This document shows positions 28,970-47,391 of a stretch of 64,000 nucleotides of DNA, one piece after another. Both the position numbers and the translations under genes were made by a program. Origin of the DNA: Antechinus flavipes (Eukaryota); NCBI RefSeq assembly GCF_016432865.1, contig NC_067400.1, positions 63,922,001 through 63,986,000 of the forward strand, in the 5' to 3' direction. The notes under the pieces are model-generated. The model was given only the letters and a program-made list of their open reading frames with translations, was not told where the DNA came from and did no database searches. How positions within the stretch are numbered: the stretch's first letter is position 1; the number at the start of each line of letters is the position of its first letter.

Positions 28970-29929
28970 TTCTTTCTCATTAAAATAAAATCTTTGTTAA
29001 AAAAAATAAATCTACATTTAATTCTCCTTGACAGTTCAGATCCAACTCATCATCACTAGCTGGTTAAGTCCTCAGAATAGAGCTATTATTATTCTCAGAG
29101 TTCTAAGAAGTGACTCAGTGGGTATCTATAGTCTTAGGTATTAGCTGATGAACTATTAGTGTGATTGTCCTCAATAGTCAGCTAGGAGACCCAGTTGTCT
29201 AGCAAACACATTTTTTTTTTCAAATAGCATAGCAAAAACAGCAGTTTTAAAGCTGATATGAGGGCTCTCACTCTCCCACAATATATCCAGAGTCCAGGAA
29301 GAACAAAGAGCTGGTAAACACTTAAAGTATGATTGTACTTTGACACATATGTCAGGACAAAAATAATCAAGGCAACTTATAACTACAAAATCATGTCTTT
29401 CATTCTAGTGTCTAACCAGTATTTGCTCCTAGTTGCTCAAATGTTCATCTGGATTTACTCCTAGAGTCTGGTGTCAAGGTGAGCTGCTGGACCTGTTCAA
29501 TCCAGCCATGGTGGCTATGCTGTCTTCCTCACTACAGTGGGTTCCATTGCTTGCCTTTAGCACTATTCTTAGGCTTCAGAATATCAATGATCCACTGGTC
29601 TCTTGCCATTGCTCTTCAATTGACAATTATAATCTTTGGTCCTTGGATGGGCTAAGTGACACTGCTCTCTTCTTGGATTATTGTGCTCCATTTTTTTTCA
29701 GTGAGGGATAAAATCCTAGGCTTTATTTACCATTCTTTGTGGGGAACTACTTTTCCTAAAATAGCAAACACACTGAATAAACAAATCTCCAATAACTCTA
29801 AGTTGAATGTAAGCTGCCTGCTGTTAGTGAGTAAGGCTGTTTAGTTTTCTCCTTTTTTTAATTCCAGAACCTAATAGTAAGCCTTGTAGAGGTTTAATAC
29901 ATGTTTGTTGCTTTTTGAAAATCACATTC

Positions 29930-30385
29930 TGGATGCTAAGCGAAGTGAGTAGAATCAAGAGAACATTGTACACAGCAACAAGAAGATTATGTGACAATAA
30001 ACTGTGATGGACTTGGCTCTTTTCAACAATGAGGTGATTCAGGGCAATTCCAATAGACTTGTGATGGAGAGAGCCATCTGTATCCAGAGAGAGGACAGAG
30101 TATGGAGACTCAATGTGGATCACAACATAATATTTTTAGCTATTTGGTTTCCATTCTAATTTTTTCCCTTTTTAATCTGTTTTTTTCTTGTGCAGCATGA
30201 TAAATGTGAAAATACATATAGATGAACTGTACATGTTTAACATTGCTTGCTGTCTAGGGGAGGGGATGGGAAAAGGGAAGGAGAAAAATTTGGAACATAA
30301 AGTTTTTCAAGGGTGAATGTTGAAAATTATCTTTGCATATATTTTGAAAATAAAAAAATTATTATTTTTAAAAATAAAAGAAAAT
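29930..30385 (+). mobile_element. LINE-1 3' UTR fragment
   Basis: Homologous to 22160-22621, with an A-rich tail. Confidence 0.8.
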
Positions 30386-30948
30386 CATGTTCTACCTCTT
30401 CCCCCCCAAGATAAGTTCAGAAGGGGTGCTAATGTTTTTTGAGCACAACACAGCAACACAATTATTTAAAAAGGCAGAAAAAAATTTAAAGCATACAAAA
30501 TCTTAATAGCATACACTTTTAAGTTATATTTGTATGACTAATTGCAGGTTTTGGTTTGATCTTCAGATACTGGCTGTGGCCCAAGTTCAAGTATTGTTGA
30601 TATTTTCTCCTGACTAAGCACCTTCACTGGAGAATCTTGGCCAGAAGAAAAACCTGGATATCCAGTTCTTCAGTATATTGAAGTAATCTTTATTAAATAA
30701 GAAATGAATCATGGATATCATTTGGTACCATTTCTATTCAGTCCTTAAGGATACAAACAAAAGGTGCCCTGGCCCCAGAGTTTATTGGGTCTCCATTGGT
30801 CCTATCCTTTGTAGGCTATGACATGATTGTACTAGCCTTTTGCTTACAGAGGCCTAAAAGTAAACTTTGTTGTTAAACTTTACTTAGGTTATAGACACCT
30901 CTTAACAGTTTGCTAAAGCCTATGGGGCCCTTTCTTAGAATAATGTTT

Positions 30949-31076
30949 NNNNNNNNNNNNNNNNNNNNNNNNNNNNNNNNNNNNNNNNNNNNNNNNNNNN
31001 NNNNNNNNNNNNNNNNNNNNNNNNNNNNNNNNNNNNNNNNNNNNNNNNNNNNNNNNNNNNNNNNNNNNNNNNNNNN
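30949..31076. other. Assembly gap (128 N)
   Basis: Run of N. Confidence 0.99.
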
Positions 31077-31079
31077 TTT

Positions 31080-34000
31080 AGTCCTAAAAGTCTTCTTCCT
31101 TCCCCTTTGCCTTACAGGAAAGTAATTGATTATACATATAAAGTCATGCAAAACATATTTCCATATTGCAAAAGAAAACAAAGGAAAAAACCAAGAAAAA
31201 TAGAGAAATTTTAAAAAGGGATAGACTTTGATCTGTATTCAGGTTATTAGTTCTATCTCTGGAATCTCTGGAATTTCTGGAAGTTGATCATTTCACGATA
31301 TTGCTGTTATCATGTGCAATGTTGTTCTCACTTCACTTTGCATCAATTCATGTAAGTCTTTTTTTCAGGTTTTTCTGAAAGCATTCTGCTCATTTCTTAT
31401 AGCATAATCGTATTCTATCACAATCAAATACTACAACTTATTCAGTTATTGCCCAGTTAATAGGAGTTTCCAATTCTTTGTCATCACAAAAAAGCTGCTA
31501 TAAATATTTTTGTATAAATAGGTCCTTTTCCCTTTTCTTGTACCTTTTTTGGATATAGACCTAGTAATGGTGTTCCTGGGTGACAAATATGTACAGTTTT
31601 AAAGCCCTTTGGGTGTCATTCCACCCTATTAACTTTTTAGAGAAATGTGATTTTCACTGAGAGCTAGAGCTACCTGTCACACTTAAGCTATGCCCAATTA
31701 CAGAAATGTAAATTATTGGCAGTCAAAATACTAGACTGTCAAAGCAAATAAGATACTTTAAGAATCACAGACATATTTGCCTCAAGAAAAGTATCTTATT
31801 TTTTCTGCCATTGTTCCATAATTAGTGCTACTTAAAATTACTCACTATGAAGCTTCTAAAGTGGATGATCTACTTTAATCTCCCTAAAATCATATATCCA
31901 TTCTCAACAGTCCACTTCTAAATCAGATAGTAGGCAACCCTGATTCAGAAGCTGTTTCTGGATATTGGACCTTCCATTTTACTTTTTAATTGCTGCCTGT
32001 GACTGGAAGGCTCTTGAAATAGTATTAACTACCATCTATTTGCTCTGCCAATTTGATAAATTAGCTAAAACTAGGTAGTTAAATCCAACAATGACATATT
32101 TAGGCTATTTTTCTTTCAGGATAACGCTTAAATTGTTGAATGGCATTATATTCAAATTTGCTATAAAAGGTTATTTTATATTTCAAAACAAGTTTTTATT
32201 GATATTTTCTGTTTCTTATATCACCATAGTTATTTTAAGCATCGCTCTGTTCTCCCCATCAAAGAACCATCCCACATGATAAATGGTATTTTTTAAGAGG
32301 CAAAAAAATCAGCCCAACTGATTGTTCAATTGAAGAAATCTGGAAAACATGTACAATGTGTCATCATATCTATGGACCCAGCACCTCTATCAGGGGATAG
32401 ATTGGAAGTGTCTTTTCAACTTTCATTTGAGTCCTGCTTGATCTTAACTTTGTTACATTTACTTTTGATTTTTTGATATGTAATTCTTTCCATTACATTG
32501 TCATAATTACCGTTTATATTGTTTTTTTGATTCTGCTTATTTCACTCTGCATCAGTTATTATAGATCTTTTCATACTTCCCTGGATTATACACACATATG
32601 CACAATACACACCCACATACTTCTTATAGCACAGTAATATCCTATTATCTACATGTACCACAATTTGTATAGTCATTCTCCAATTGATGAGTATTTACTC
32701 TGTTTACAATTTTTAGCTATCACAAAAAGTGCTGCTATAAATATTTGGGAGAATATGGAGACATTTTTCTATTCATGGCTTCCTTGGACCATAATCCAGT
32801 AATGAATTTCTGGTTCAAAGGATGTGGCTCTTGTAATCACTTTATTTACATAATTCCAGATTACTTTCCGAAATGGTTGTACCATTTCACAGCTCTACCA
32901 ATAATTTATTAGTATTGGAGTACCTAGGTGATGAAGTGGGTGGAACACTACCTCTGGAGTGCAGGACTTGAGTTCAAATTCAGTTTCAGATATTTGATAC
33001 TAATTGTCTGACTTGAGGCAAGTCACTTATTCCTACTGCTTTGTCCCCCACCAAAAACAAAATGTATTAGTATGCTGTACTTTGACAAGACCTCCAACAA
33101 TGATTTGCCATTTTTTGGTCATTTTTGTTTATTTTCAGGGTATGAGATGAAACTTTAAGGTTTTTTTTTTTTTTTAAGAATAGTTTTTCATTGATTTTTA
33201 GCAAGATTTTTTACAAGATTTTGATTTCAAAATCTCCCTCACCACTTCTGAAGATGGTAAGCAGGTTGATATAGTTTATACATATGTTATCATGTAAAAC
33301 ATATTTCCATATTTGTCACAGTTGTGAAAGAAGAAACAGATCAAAGAAAGAATGAAGTGAAAAAATGTGCTTCAAGATGAATTCTCAGTCCATCAATTCT
33401 GTATCTGTAGCATTCTCCTTCAGGAATCCTTTCTACTTGTCTGAGATCAATTTGTTGCTGACAAGAGCAGAGTCGATCATACTTGATTATCACACAATGT
33501 TGCTGATACTGTGTAGTGTTTACCTGGTTCTGCTCATTTCATTTTGTATCAGTTTGTATTACTCTTTCCAGGTTTTCCCTGAAATTTGCTTGTTCATTTC
33601 TTATTGCACAGTAGTATTCCATTATATTCATATATTACAGCTTGTTCAGCCATTATCCAACTGATGGGATTCAATTTCTAATATTTTGCCAGCATGAAAA
33701 GGGATGCTGTAAATGTCTATGTGCCTTCTTTTCCCTTTTTTATGATCTCTTTAGGATACAGACCTAGTAGTGGTATTGCTGGGTCAAAGAATATGAAGAG
33801 TTTGGTTACCCTTTGGGCATAGTTCCAAATTGCTTTTCAGAATGCTTTGGATCAGTTCAAAGCTCTACCAACAGTACATTAATGTCCCAATTTTCCCACA
33901 TCCTTTCCAACATTTATCACTTTTTTTTGTCATATTGACCAATCTGATATCTCAACTTTGTTTTAATTTGCACTTCTCTGATCACTTCTTCATATGCTTA

Positions 34001-34249
34001 TAGCTTTGATTTTATTTGAAAACTTCCTTTTATATTTTTTGGTCATTTATCAATTGGGGAATGGCTTGTATTCTTATAGATTTAACTCAATTCTCTATAT
34101 ATTTGAGAAATTAGGCCTTTCTCAGGGTTATTTTAATTTGCATCCCTTATTAGTGTTATAGAGGATTTTTTCATATTGTGAATATTTTGTAAATTTTTTG
34201 AGAACCATTAATGTCAATTGACCATTTATCTACTGGGGAATAGCTATCA

Positions 34250-34286
<37 letters not shown>

Positions 34287-34720
34287 TACATTTTGATACT
34301 AAACTCATCAGATATATTTGATATTAAGCATTTTCCCACTTTCCTTCTTATCTAAGAAGAATTAATTTTGTGTGAAGCTTTTCAGTTTTCAAATGATCAA
34401 GGTTATCCATTTTACCTTTGTAATTGCCTTAGTCTTGTTTGGTTAAACATAATTTCTTATCCATAACTATGAGGGGTAGATGATATTTCTAATTTTTTTA
34501 TAGTATGATCTTCAACATTAAAGATTGCTCACCTGTTTAAAATGTATTGTGAAATGTGGTGCAAGGTGTTGATTTAAGTCTAGTTTCTGCCAGACTACTT
34601 TCCAGTTTTCCTGGTAGTTTTTTATTAGTTTTTTTCTCCTAATTTTTCTGCATCAAATACTGGATTATTTAATTTTATAGCTTAATTCCTTTACCTTCTC
34701 CCTGGATTTTAAAGACTATT
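31080..34720 (-). mobile_element. Cluster of antisense LINE-1 3'/ORF2 fragments (approx. 31080-31625, 32150-32910, 33160-34720) with a SINE at ~32917-33060 (+)
   Basis: Reverse-complement L1 3' UTR and ORF2 motifs (gggtcaaag...tttgggcatagttccaaattgct). Boundaries are approximate. Confidence 0.7.
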
Positions 34721-36666
34721 TTGTGTCTATCCATTAATCTTGCATTTTTTTGTGTTCAAAAACAGTAAAATTCTTCTCTGACAAAGATGAATTTAAAAAT
34801 TTCCTCCCCAGGTTTCCCAGTTCTGGACCCTGGATTCAGTCCACTTTCCCTCCCACATGATCTCTTTTTGAAATATTTCAGGTCCTACCATGTGTCCAAT
34901 AAATTTTGTCTTCATTTTTTGGCAGTTGTTCCTCCTGTGGTATCATTTTGAGACTCTGCCATCCTCACCACTTGTAAGTTTGCCAATGTCCCTGTTAAAA
35001 GTGTGACACCCACAAGTGAACACAATATGCAGCACAAAATACAGGACTATTGCTTCCCCTGATCTCTACATCATACTTCTATTATTGCACCTCAATTATG
35101 CAATTTTTTTTTTGTACTCCCATCACATACTGTTGGCTCAATATTAAGCTTATAGTCTACTTGTCTATCACTTAAGTAGAAACTAGAAGGCGAATTTTTT
35201 CCATACTGAACATAATTGTTTTTTTGACTCTTCAGATTTTCATCTACCCATTAGTTTAATTATCAAAGCATCTTTCTCCAGCCTGCTAAGAAATGACCAA
35301 TTGTCCACTCATTTATAGTCAAAGTAGCAACCACTTCTGGACTAGGCTGGACATCAAAATGAGAGGAGGCATTTATTGCAAAGCTGATTTAACAGTACAA
35401 ATCACATTTTCCCCATTTTAACAGATGAGGAAATTGGGGTGAGGGGACTAAAATCACACACAAATTGGATTCAGAACTGAAACTTTTGTTGAATCCAGGC
35501 TTAGGTTGCAAATGTCCTGCTTCTTATTGACTATTGTGCCATAGCCTCTCAAAACCCCACAAGCTAAGAGGATTTATCTTCATGTCTATTGTGGGATACA
35601 TGGGGATAACATTGCTCCCAAGTCTCTCTTCACATGACTCCATTCTATCCTGACCAGATACTAGTGAATATTTCCACTTCCCTTTCTTGATTTATCATGA
35701 CTTACTAATTTTATTCATTAGATGGCTTGGGATGTCTTTCTCATTAAATTGAAAATGGTTTCTACATATACCTAAAACAAAGGGAAAGGCAAATCTTCTC
35801 AATATCTATGTGGGCTGTGAGGCGAGGCAAGGCAAAAACAAAAATACCTCAAAAGTTAGTGGAAACCATCAGCCGTCAACCACGAAGCAGCCTTCAGTAC
35901 TGCTGAGCACTGAAGGGGAGAATTGCGTAGGGCAGAGAACCAGAGCTGCGTCTGAATCAAGTTCCCATCATCCACAAGTCCTCAAACCCACTCCCGTTCG
36001 TGGTCTTCTCAAGTCGTCGACACCTCTTGTGGGTGCTCCCTGCTTACTTGGTCCTTAGACAGGAACAGGGTTGCTTGAGCGCCAAAGGAATCAATACCTT
36101 CAGTTGATTGATGGGTGGCCACTTGGTGGAAAGCTTTGGTTTGTATCACTAACAGCTCAGTGAAAACCACCATTACCAGACTGCTTTAGACCAGGATAGT
36201 CCAAGACACTTTTTATATTTTTCATTGAACTGTTCAAAGACAGAGATTGTGCTTTAGCACACACTCCCATCCGTGAAAGGGGAGAACTGATACTGGCACG
36301 ACTTACTTCCCCGTGTGGCACAGTAGCACCCCTGGAACAGGGAGGACTGACCTTGAGAGGCCAGGTAGCTGTGCCATCCTGGGCAAGTCTCTTCGCTGAT
36401 TGCTTCCCCCCAACAACAACAAAAAGAATAATCAACGCGAGATCTTCGCAAATTCCAGAAAACTCAGACAACAGTAATTCAGGATAGCCACGTAAAGCTC
36501 TGGGCTGTTTCAGGCATAAGTTTTTTGCCCTTCTCCAGGGCAGGGCTCTAAGCCGTTTAAGTGATCTCAGTAAAGGGCAGTTGGGAAAAGGGAGGAAGTG
36601 AGCAATCCTGTCAAGCAGTGGGCAAGGGGGCAGGAAGGCAGCAGCAAATCCAGCCAACCAACACAT

Positions 36667-36672
36667 TTTATT
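36667..36672 (-). terminator. Probable RETREG2 polyadenylation signal
   Basis: TTTATT on + (AATAAA on -) ~760 nt past the RETREG2 stop. Confidence 0.55.
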
Positions 36673-37432
36673 ATTCTAGTTGATGCCTGCACAGGTGTTA
36701 CAGTCCAGATCCAAACCCAGTCCAGGACACCCTCCTTCAGGTCTTCAGCATACCTGATGTCCAGGTGCCCAGGTCCCTCCTCCTCTCCCTCCCTCCCTCT
36801 TACAAGTATCCCCCCTCCCTCCCACCCCCAATCAGCTTAAAGCCAGGCTTTGTGCTCATCCAACCCCAGTGCTGGTGTATGTGCTGTGAGTTCCCTCATC
36901 CCCCCTCCCCACCCCCCCACCTCCAAACAGCAACCTCCCCAAGTTCAGCTAGCGCCCGGTATGGGGAGGGAGCTGGGGCAGAGCAGCCTAGCTGTAAGAT
37001 GAAGACAACAGGGAAACAGAGCACAGAGGGGAGCAGGAGAAGAGGAAATCGGTAAAGTGCCTTAACTAAACAACTTGGTGGGACACTAGGGCAAAGCAGC
37101 ACAGGTCCCTGAGGCTGGAAGGGAAAAGTTTAGGAGCCCATTGGGGTGAGAGGGAGAGTAGAGTGGGGAGGAGGGAGGCAAGCGATAGGCTGCAGGCAGG
37201 GCTGGCTTCCCTAGGCCTGCACATATCCACTAACCCCAATTTAAAGTTATTTACAAACTTAGAACCAACGTCAGGCCCAGGTGCAGGCGGGATGGTGGAA
37301 TGGTCCCGGCTTCGCTGCTCCACTCCCTGCCTAATGCAGCGGGCCGGGAGGAAGAACAGTGGTACCCTCAGCTAACCAGCCAGACCTGCGCCTGCCTCCC
37401 CACTCTGCCTCTCCTCCCACCCCTCAGCTGGC

Positions 37433-40400
37433 TCAGGGTGCCGCCGTAGCCCCAGCCTTTTGGTCTGGCAGTGCAGGAAGAGGAGCCTCAGGAATGGGGG
37501 GTGGAGCATCAGGGGGTTCTGGGGATGTGCCTGGCCCCAATCCCAGCTCCACTTCCAGCTGCTCCAGCTCCCTTTGATCCAGTAACTCAAAGTCCTCAGA
37601 GGTCAGTGTCTCCTCCTCCTCCTCAGGGGCCAGGGCAGGCAGGGGACAGTCCTGGGGAGTAGGCAGGAGGACAGGGGGGGAGGGAACTTTGCTGCTTTCA
37701 GCATGGCAAAGTGGGGTTGACAGGGTACTGGGCACAGTGTCGAGGGAATCACTCACTAGCTCAGGGCTAAGTGACTCCATTGGTTCCCCAAGGGGAGCCC
37801 TGATCCCAGCCCTGGGGGACCCTGCCCCATTGAAGTGCGTGTTCACAAAGTGCAGTGGGGAAGTGAGTTGAAGCAAGGTCCCCTTGGCGGCCACCTCCTC
37901 TTCCTCCTCAGAGTCCAGTGCCTGTTTTGAAAGGGCATGTTCATGGTCCAGCGGCTCCTCAGAAGGGGCCAATTCTGTTTCTTCCCCCTCTCCGAGATCC
38001 CTGCTCAATGCCTCCTCTGGCTCACTTGGCAAGCTTTGCTGGTCCAGATCTGCAGGGATGGAAGTGGGGTCAGTCCTGTGTTTCTGATGACCAGACTCAC
38101 TAGACAGTAAGAGCCCTGGGGCCAGATTTCCCATGTGCACAGGGAGACCTCGGCAGGGGCGAGAGACCCCTCTGGGGAACCTAGAGAGGGCTTGGGTAGG
38201 GAATCAAGGGTGGAGCCCGAGCACTCTGCATTGGAGGCCTAGCAGGGATAGGAACAGAGCAGAGAGGGAGACTTCCCCATACCCTCCGAGACATCTGTCA
38301 GCTGGGGAGTCGTGGCCCGGGAGACAGAGAAGCCGCCGCTCTCCAAAATAGAGGCCTCCTCATCTGACAGTTCTGAGTCTGTAATGGCCAAGGCAAGGGC
38401 TGTTTTCTTCATATCTACCTGTACCAAAGGAATGGACAACAGCAACTGACCCTTGTGCAGGGCCTGAAGCTTTAAAAAAGTCTTACACACGTTGGGTCAT
38501 TTAAACACAGGCAAGCAGGGAGGAATCCCCTCTGTCTACGCCTTCCATCCCCGATATGCCAACATTTACCAAATGTGGTTCCCCCGACAGTATGCCTCCC
38601 TCCGGGAGCCCCTCACCCCTCTACCCAGGACTCACCACCGGGGAGAAGCCCGCCAGCTCGGCCTCGCTTTCGCTCTCCGTCTCTGCCATGGGTTCATCGC
38701 CTCCGGGGGGCATGCTCCTCACCTGCCGCTCTGGGGGAGAAGGCAAAGCGGGCTCAAGGCTGACCGCGGGGACCGGTGTCGGGGGTGCCCCTGGCCCAAC
38801 CCCCGGCCCTCCCCAAGCCCAGGGGCCGCCCTTACTCCTCTTGTCGTGTTTGTGGTGGAGGGCCTCGGCCTCGGCCTTCATGCTGTAATCCAACTGCATG
38901 AGCAGGGGCTCCAGCCGCGTGTACATCCTCTGGATCAGCTCGTGATAAACCACCAGGGGCCACAAGAGGATACTCAGCACTGTGAGTCAGAAAGCCTCCT
39001 CAGTTCCCCGGACCCCCTCCTTCCCCCCCGGCCTACTCCTCCACTGAGACCTACACAAATATATGGTCTGGGGGAAAGGGAGGAGCATGGGAAGTGTCTG
39101 TGTGGCCCTCACTACGGGCCAGGCACAACCACCCTCAGAAACAGGGACTACTTTACACGGAGGAAATTAAAGCAGATGGAGTTGCAATGACTTGCCCAGG
39201 GTCACACGGCTAAGGGAGCATCTGAGGCCGGACTGGGCTCAGTCCTCCCGACTCCAGGGCCACGGTTCTACTGAGGGTCAGCTAGCTGCCGAGGAGGCAA
39301 CGCCTTTCCTGGCCAGGACCGGATGAGGAAGACCAAAACCTGGGGGCTCAGGGAAAGGTCGGTGTCTACACTCTACTCACAGACAATGTAGGAAATCATA
39401 ATCCCTGGAACATAGTGTCCCAGCATGGCCAGCACTGCACAACCAGAGCAGACGCGAGCGCAGAACTGCAGAGAAGAGCATGGGTCTGAGAATGGCGCTC
39501 GGCTGGCTAGGAGGGGCATCCCCTCCGCGTCACTCTATACCTTGTACGTCACTGAAACCAACACACCCGAATTATGAACCCGAGGCCCTTTGTCCCTGGC
39601 ATCTCTAAGATAGGGTCGCCTTTACAGCTACAACGATTTAACCTGAAGGGCGAGCAGCCCCAGGACGCTGGGGACCGACCTCTAGGGCCCCCCAGGAGGC
39701 CCCACAAAGGTCTGGTCATAAGGACAGTCAGAGCTTTGCCCCCCGCCAGCAGGCAGATCCCCTCCTCCCTCCTGGGGCAGAGCAGGGCGTGGGGCTGGGG
39801 CCGGGACATTTACCTGGGCTGGGTTCTGTCTCTTGTACTGCAGCAGCTCCTGAAGATGAATCTGGAAGGTGAGCCAGCTCTCAGCCAGGTATCGGCACAG
39901 CTCAGGCACACTCAGCAGGTGAGGCCGGGCGCCGGGCCCTGCACCCTCACTGGGGAGACAAGACGCCGCGTCTGGAAGTCTTAGGCATTAGCTGCCTGGG
40001 CCTTCCAGACCCACCTGCTCAACCTAAGCTCTCCCAAACCTCCGCCCCCCCACGCTACAAAAATTGTATTTAAAGTTTCTATTATAATCCGTTGTTGGCA
40101 TCTTACATGCTTTGTAGGTTTCACCAGATTGCCACGAAGCAGAAAACCCCCGAACGTCCCTATTCTGAGGGTGCCAGCCCAATACGGGGGCTAACCCCGC
40201 CATTCCCAACTCAGATGCCCCATGTCCCGGCCCAAAGCCCACAGCAGCCAATGCCCTGTCTCAAGGAGTCGCAACCATTTCCACTTGAGCCTGTGATCCA
40301 GCAAACTTTGTGGCTAAATAGAGAGACAGTGCTTCTAGTGGGGCATGGGCCCAGAAGGGAGGAGGGAACCTGCACCTACCTGTCAGAGTGCGTCTCTTCT

Positions 40401-41292
40401 GGGGTTGAAGCTGGAAAAGAGAAGCAGGTAGAAGGGGGGATGAGTCCCTCACTCCCCCCCATCAGGATGTGGGGTGATGGGCTACCTCCCACTCCCCTCC
40501 TGCTCACCTGAAAAGTCAGCCAAGAAGTGGGGCTGCCAGAGGTCCAGCAGCAAGTAGCCCAGCAGAGAGATGCTGAGGAGGAAGAAGGGCCGGAGGGAGG
40601 AGGAGGACAGCACCCTTGGAGAACAGACAGCAGCTAGGCTCAGCTTGGGTGGCCCCTCCCCTTCTGTTACCCCCTCCCCAGCTATATTCTCAACTGGTCT
40701 GAGGGGTGGCCTGGTCTGACTGGGGGGGAGGGGAGGAGGGGGGTCGGGTCTCCTCTGTCCCTCCCTTTTTACTGCCCCCAGTCTCCAAGTAGCACAAGAC
40801 CGTTGGGGAGGGGGATAAAGGGAAAGAGACCTGGCCCCGCCCCCCCACCGCGGGGGTCTCTTTTGCCCTCCTCTTCTACCCCCCCGTTTCCAGGTAGCAC
40901 CACATCGGACCGGGGGTGGCCCGGCCCCGCCCCCCGCTGCGCCTCGGGCCCCGCCCCCGGCCCCGCCCCTCCCCGGCCCCCAGCTCCGGCGGTGGCGGCG
41001 GCCGTGGCCGTTACCAGAAGAGGCCGTTGATCGCGGCGGCTGAGACGAGGCTGTGCAGCGGCCTCTCCCACACCAGGAGTCGCTGCGCCGCCGCCAGCAC
41101 CGCCTCCCAGCCCCGGAGCCGCAGCCACAGCGCCGTGGTCAGCCGTCCCACCGCCTCGGCCGCTGCCTTCTCCTCCGCCTCGGCTGTCGCCTCGCCCATA
41201 GCCAGGCTGAGACCCAGTCCCACGCCCAGCCCCAGGCCCGAGCCCGAGCCCGGGCCCAGGGCCCCGCCGCCGCCGCCGCCGCCGCTCGCCAT
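37433..41292 (-). CDS. RETREG2: Reticulophagy regulator 2 (FAM134A), 9 exons, ~542 aa
   Basis: Exons (minus) 41015-41292, 40508-40614, 40380-40410, 39814-39949, 39381-39465, 38836-38979, 38636-38730, 38283-38418, 37433-38049. MASGGG...[20 protein letters not shown]; reticulon-homology domain; LIR motif EDFELL at ~37580-37597. Phases are consistent. Confidence 0.96.
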
Positions 41293-42884
41293 GGCCCAGC
41301 AGCAGCTGCCGCCCGGAGCGAGCCCGAGCTGCGCGGCCGCCGCCGGGGGCGCGTCAGGCGGAAGGGGGCGCACGCTGCAGAGACCGCCCTGGAGGCCAAG
41401 GACACCACGTGACTAAGGCGGCCGCGGAGCGCGAGCTCCGCACGTGACCGGGGACTAACCGCCCCGGGGGCGGGGCGTAACACAAAGCGCGTGCGCGACC
41501 GGCGACTCGCCTCCCGGATGTAAATCCCAGAGTACGGAGGAATCTCAATCATCAGGATCCCTGGAGTCTGCGATTGGGTCCCCCCCTTTAGGCGAGCCTC
41601 TGGGAGTCCCCTACCACAGTGGATATTCCTGGTCTTGATTTTCTGGGAGGGGTAATAGGGCTGGGGAGAGGGACGCTTCAACACGGCCAGTACTGCGGGC
41701 TACCTCCCAGGTGACCCAGACTAGGGCGTCAGGGGTTGGCAGCCACGGAGCCTTAGGGTCCAGCAGCTATGGGTTGCCCTCATGACCTTGAGTTCCCTGG
41801 AGCCCGGGCGCCTGAGGGCGGTTGAAGTGTGCCGGGAAAGGACTGGATCCTTGCGGGGCTGGCACCGGGCACCACGCACTGCCAGCTCCGCCCCGTCAGT
41901 TGCGTAGCAAGGACCATCCCCTTGCCCCTCCTCCGGGTGAGAAAAACAAACAAGGGCCAGTGACCCAGTTAGGGATCTTGGGCGGGCGGATGTGGGCTAC
42001 GCCCTGCTGCTTGCACTCGCCTTGTCATACCATCGAGAAATTCACGCTAACCCAAACATCTTGTGATGATGGTGCGGAGACTCAAGAGTTTTATTAACGC
42101 CACCTCAATCTTCTTAAGCACCTCCACGCCGGTTTGGTTGTTTTTGCTCCCGCGCAAGCTTTGCAGTGGTTAATCTTTATCAATAAGCGAGCAAAGTGCG
42201 TACGACTAATTAACCAAGCTTTTATTAAGTGCACACTAAGCGTCAAGCAACGAGCTAAGCGCTGGAGATAAAAAGAAATACAAAGTCCCTTCCCTCAAAG
42301 GACTTGATTATAATCTAATGGAGAAAGCGTGTATCTAAGTCATATCGCCAGTTACAGAGCAGGTGGAAGGCAACCTGCCCGGGGGAAGGGAAGGGACTTG
42401 TGTGCGCTGAGTGGGCGGCCACCAGCCAAAGATTCTAAGAGGCCGAGGTGAGGGGAGAGCATGCCCCGTTTCCCTCCTGGGATACAGCGCGCACAACTTG
42501 TTAGGTACTCGTAGCTCTTCTACGTTGGGGTATTGGGTACCCAGAGGGGGCGGATTTTCATAGCTCCGCCTCCCTCCGCCTTCTTCCCCCTCCTCAAAGC
42601 TAATGCCGGGGGAGGCGGGGGGCGTCTCGCTCTCGGCTCCGCCCCTCCTCTTGCAAGGAAGGCTGGGGATTGGGGGAAGACTGGGACGAGGCCCCGCCTA
42701 CTCCGGCGGAACCGGAAGTACGGATCGCGGAAGCTGCGCTAGAGCCGGCACCGCCCTGCTGTCGCTGTCGGATCGGTTGCTGAAGAGGGCTCCTGGGGCC
42801 ACCTTTTTCCTACTTTTCCCCCCAGGCGGCAGCGGCAGCGGCGGCGGCGGCGGCAGCAGCGGCGGCGGCGGCGGCGGCGGCGTC
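41293..42884. promoter_or_regulatory. Bidirectional RETREG2/CNPPD1 promoter region
   Basis: Head-to-head ATGs 1.6 kb apart with CpG-rich ends. Two CACGTGAC E-boxes (41406-41413, 41441-41448), GC boxes, ETS site CCGGAAGT at 42712-42719. Confidence 0.75.
42826..42881 (+). repeat. Interrupted (GGC)n/(AGC) trinucleotide repeat in the CNPPD1 5' UTR
   Basis: gcggcagcggcagcggcggcggcggcggcagcagcggcggcggcggcggcggcggc immediately before the ATG at 42885. Confidence 0.9.

Positions 42885-47391
<4,507 letters not shown>

Noticed and set aside
28764-31181. ORFs containing long X runs
   Set aside because: Artefacts of translating across the two N gaps.
14897-33060. tRNA-like A/B-box sequences
   Set aside because: All belong to CORE/WSINE1-type SINE heads; no intact tRNA cloverleaf was seen.
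36157-36666. 169-aa minus-strand ORF downstream of RETREG2
   Set aside because: No recognisable homology, non-ATG start, no supporting splice or poly(A) structure; treated as chance.
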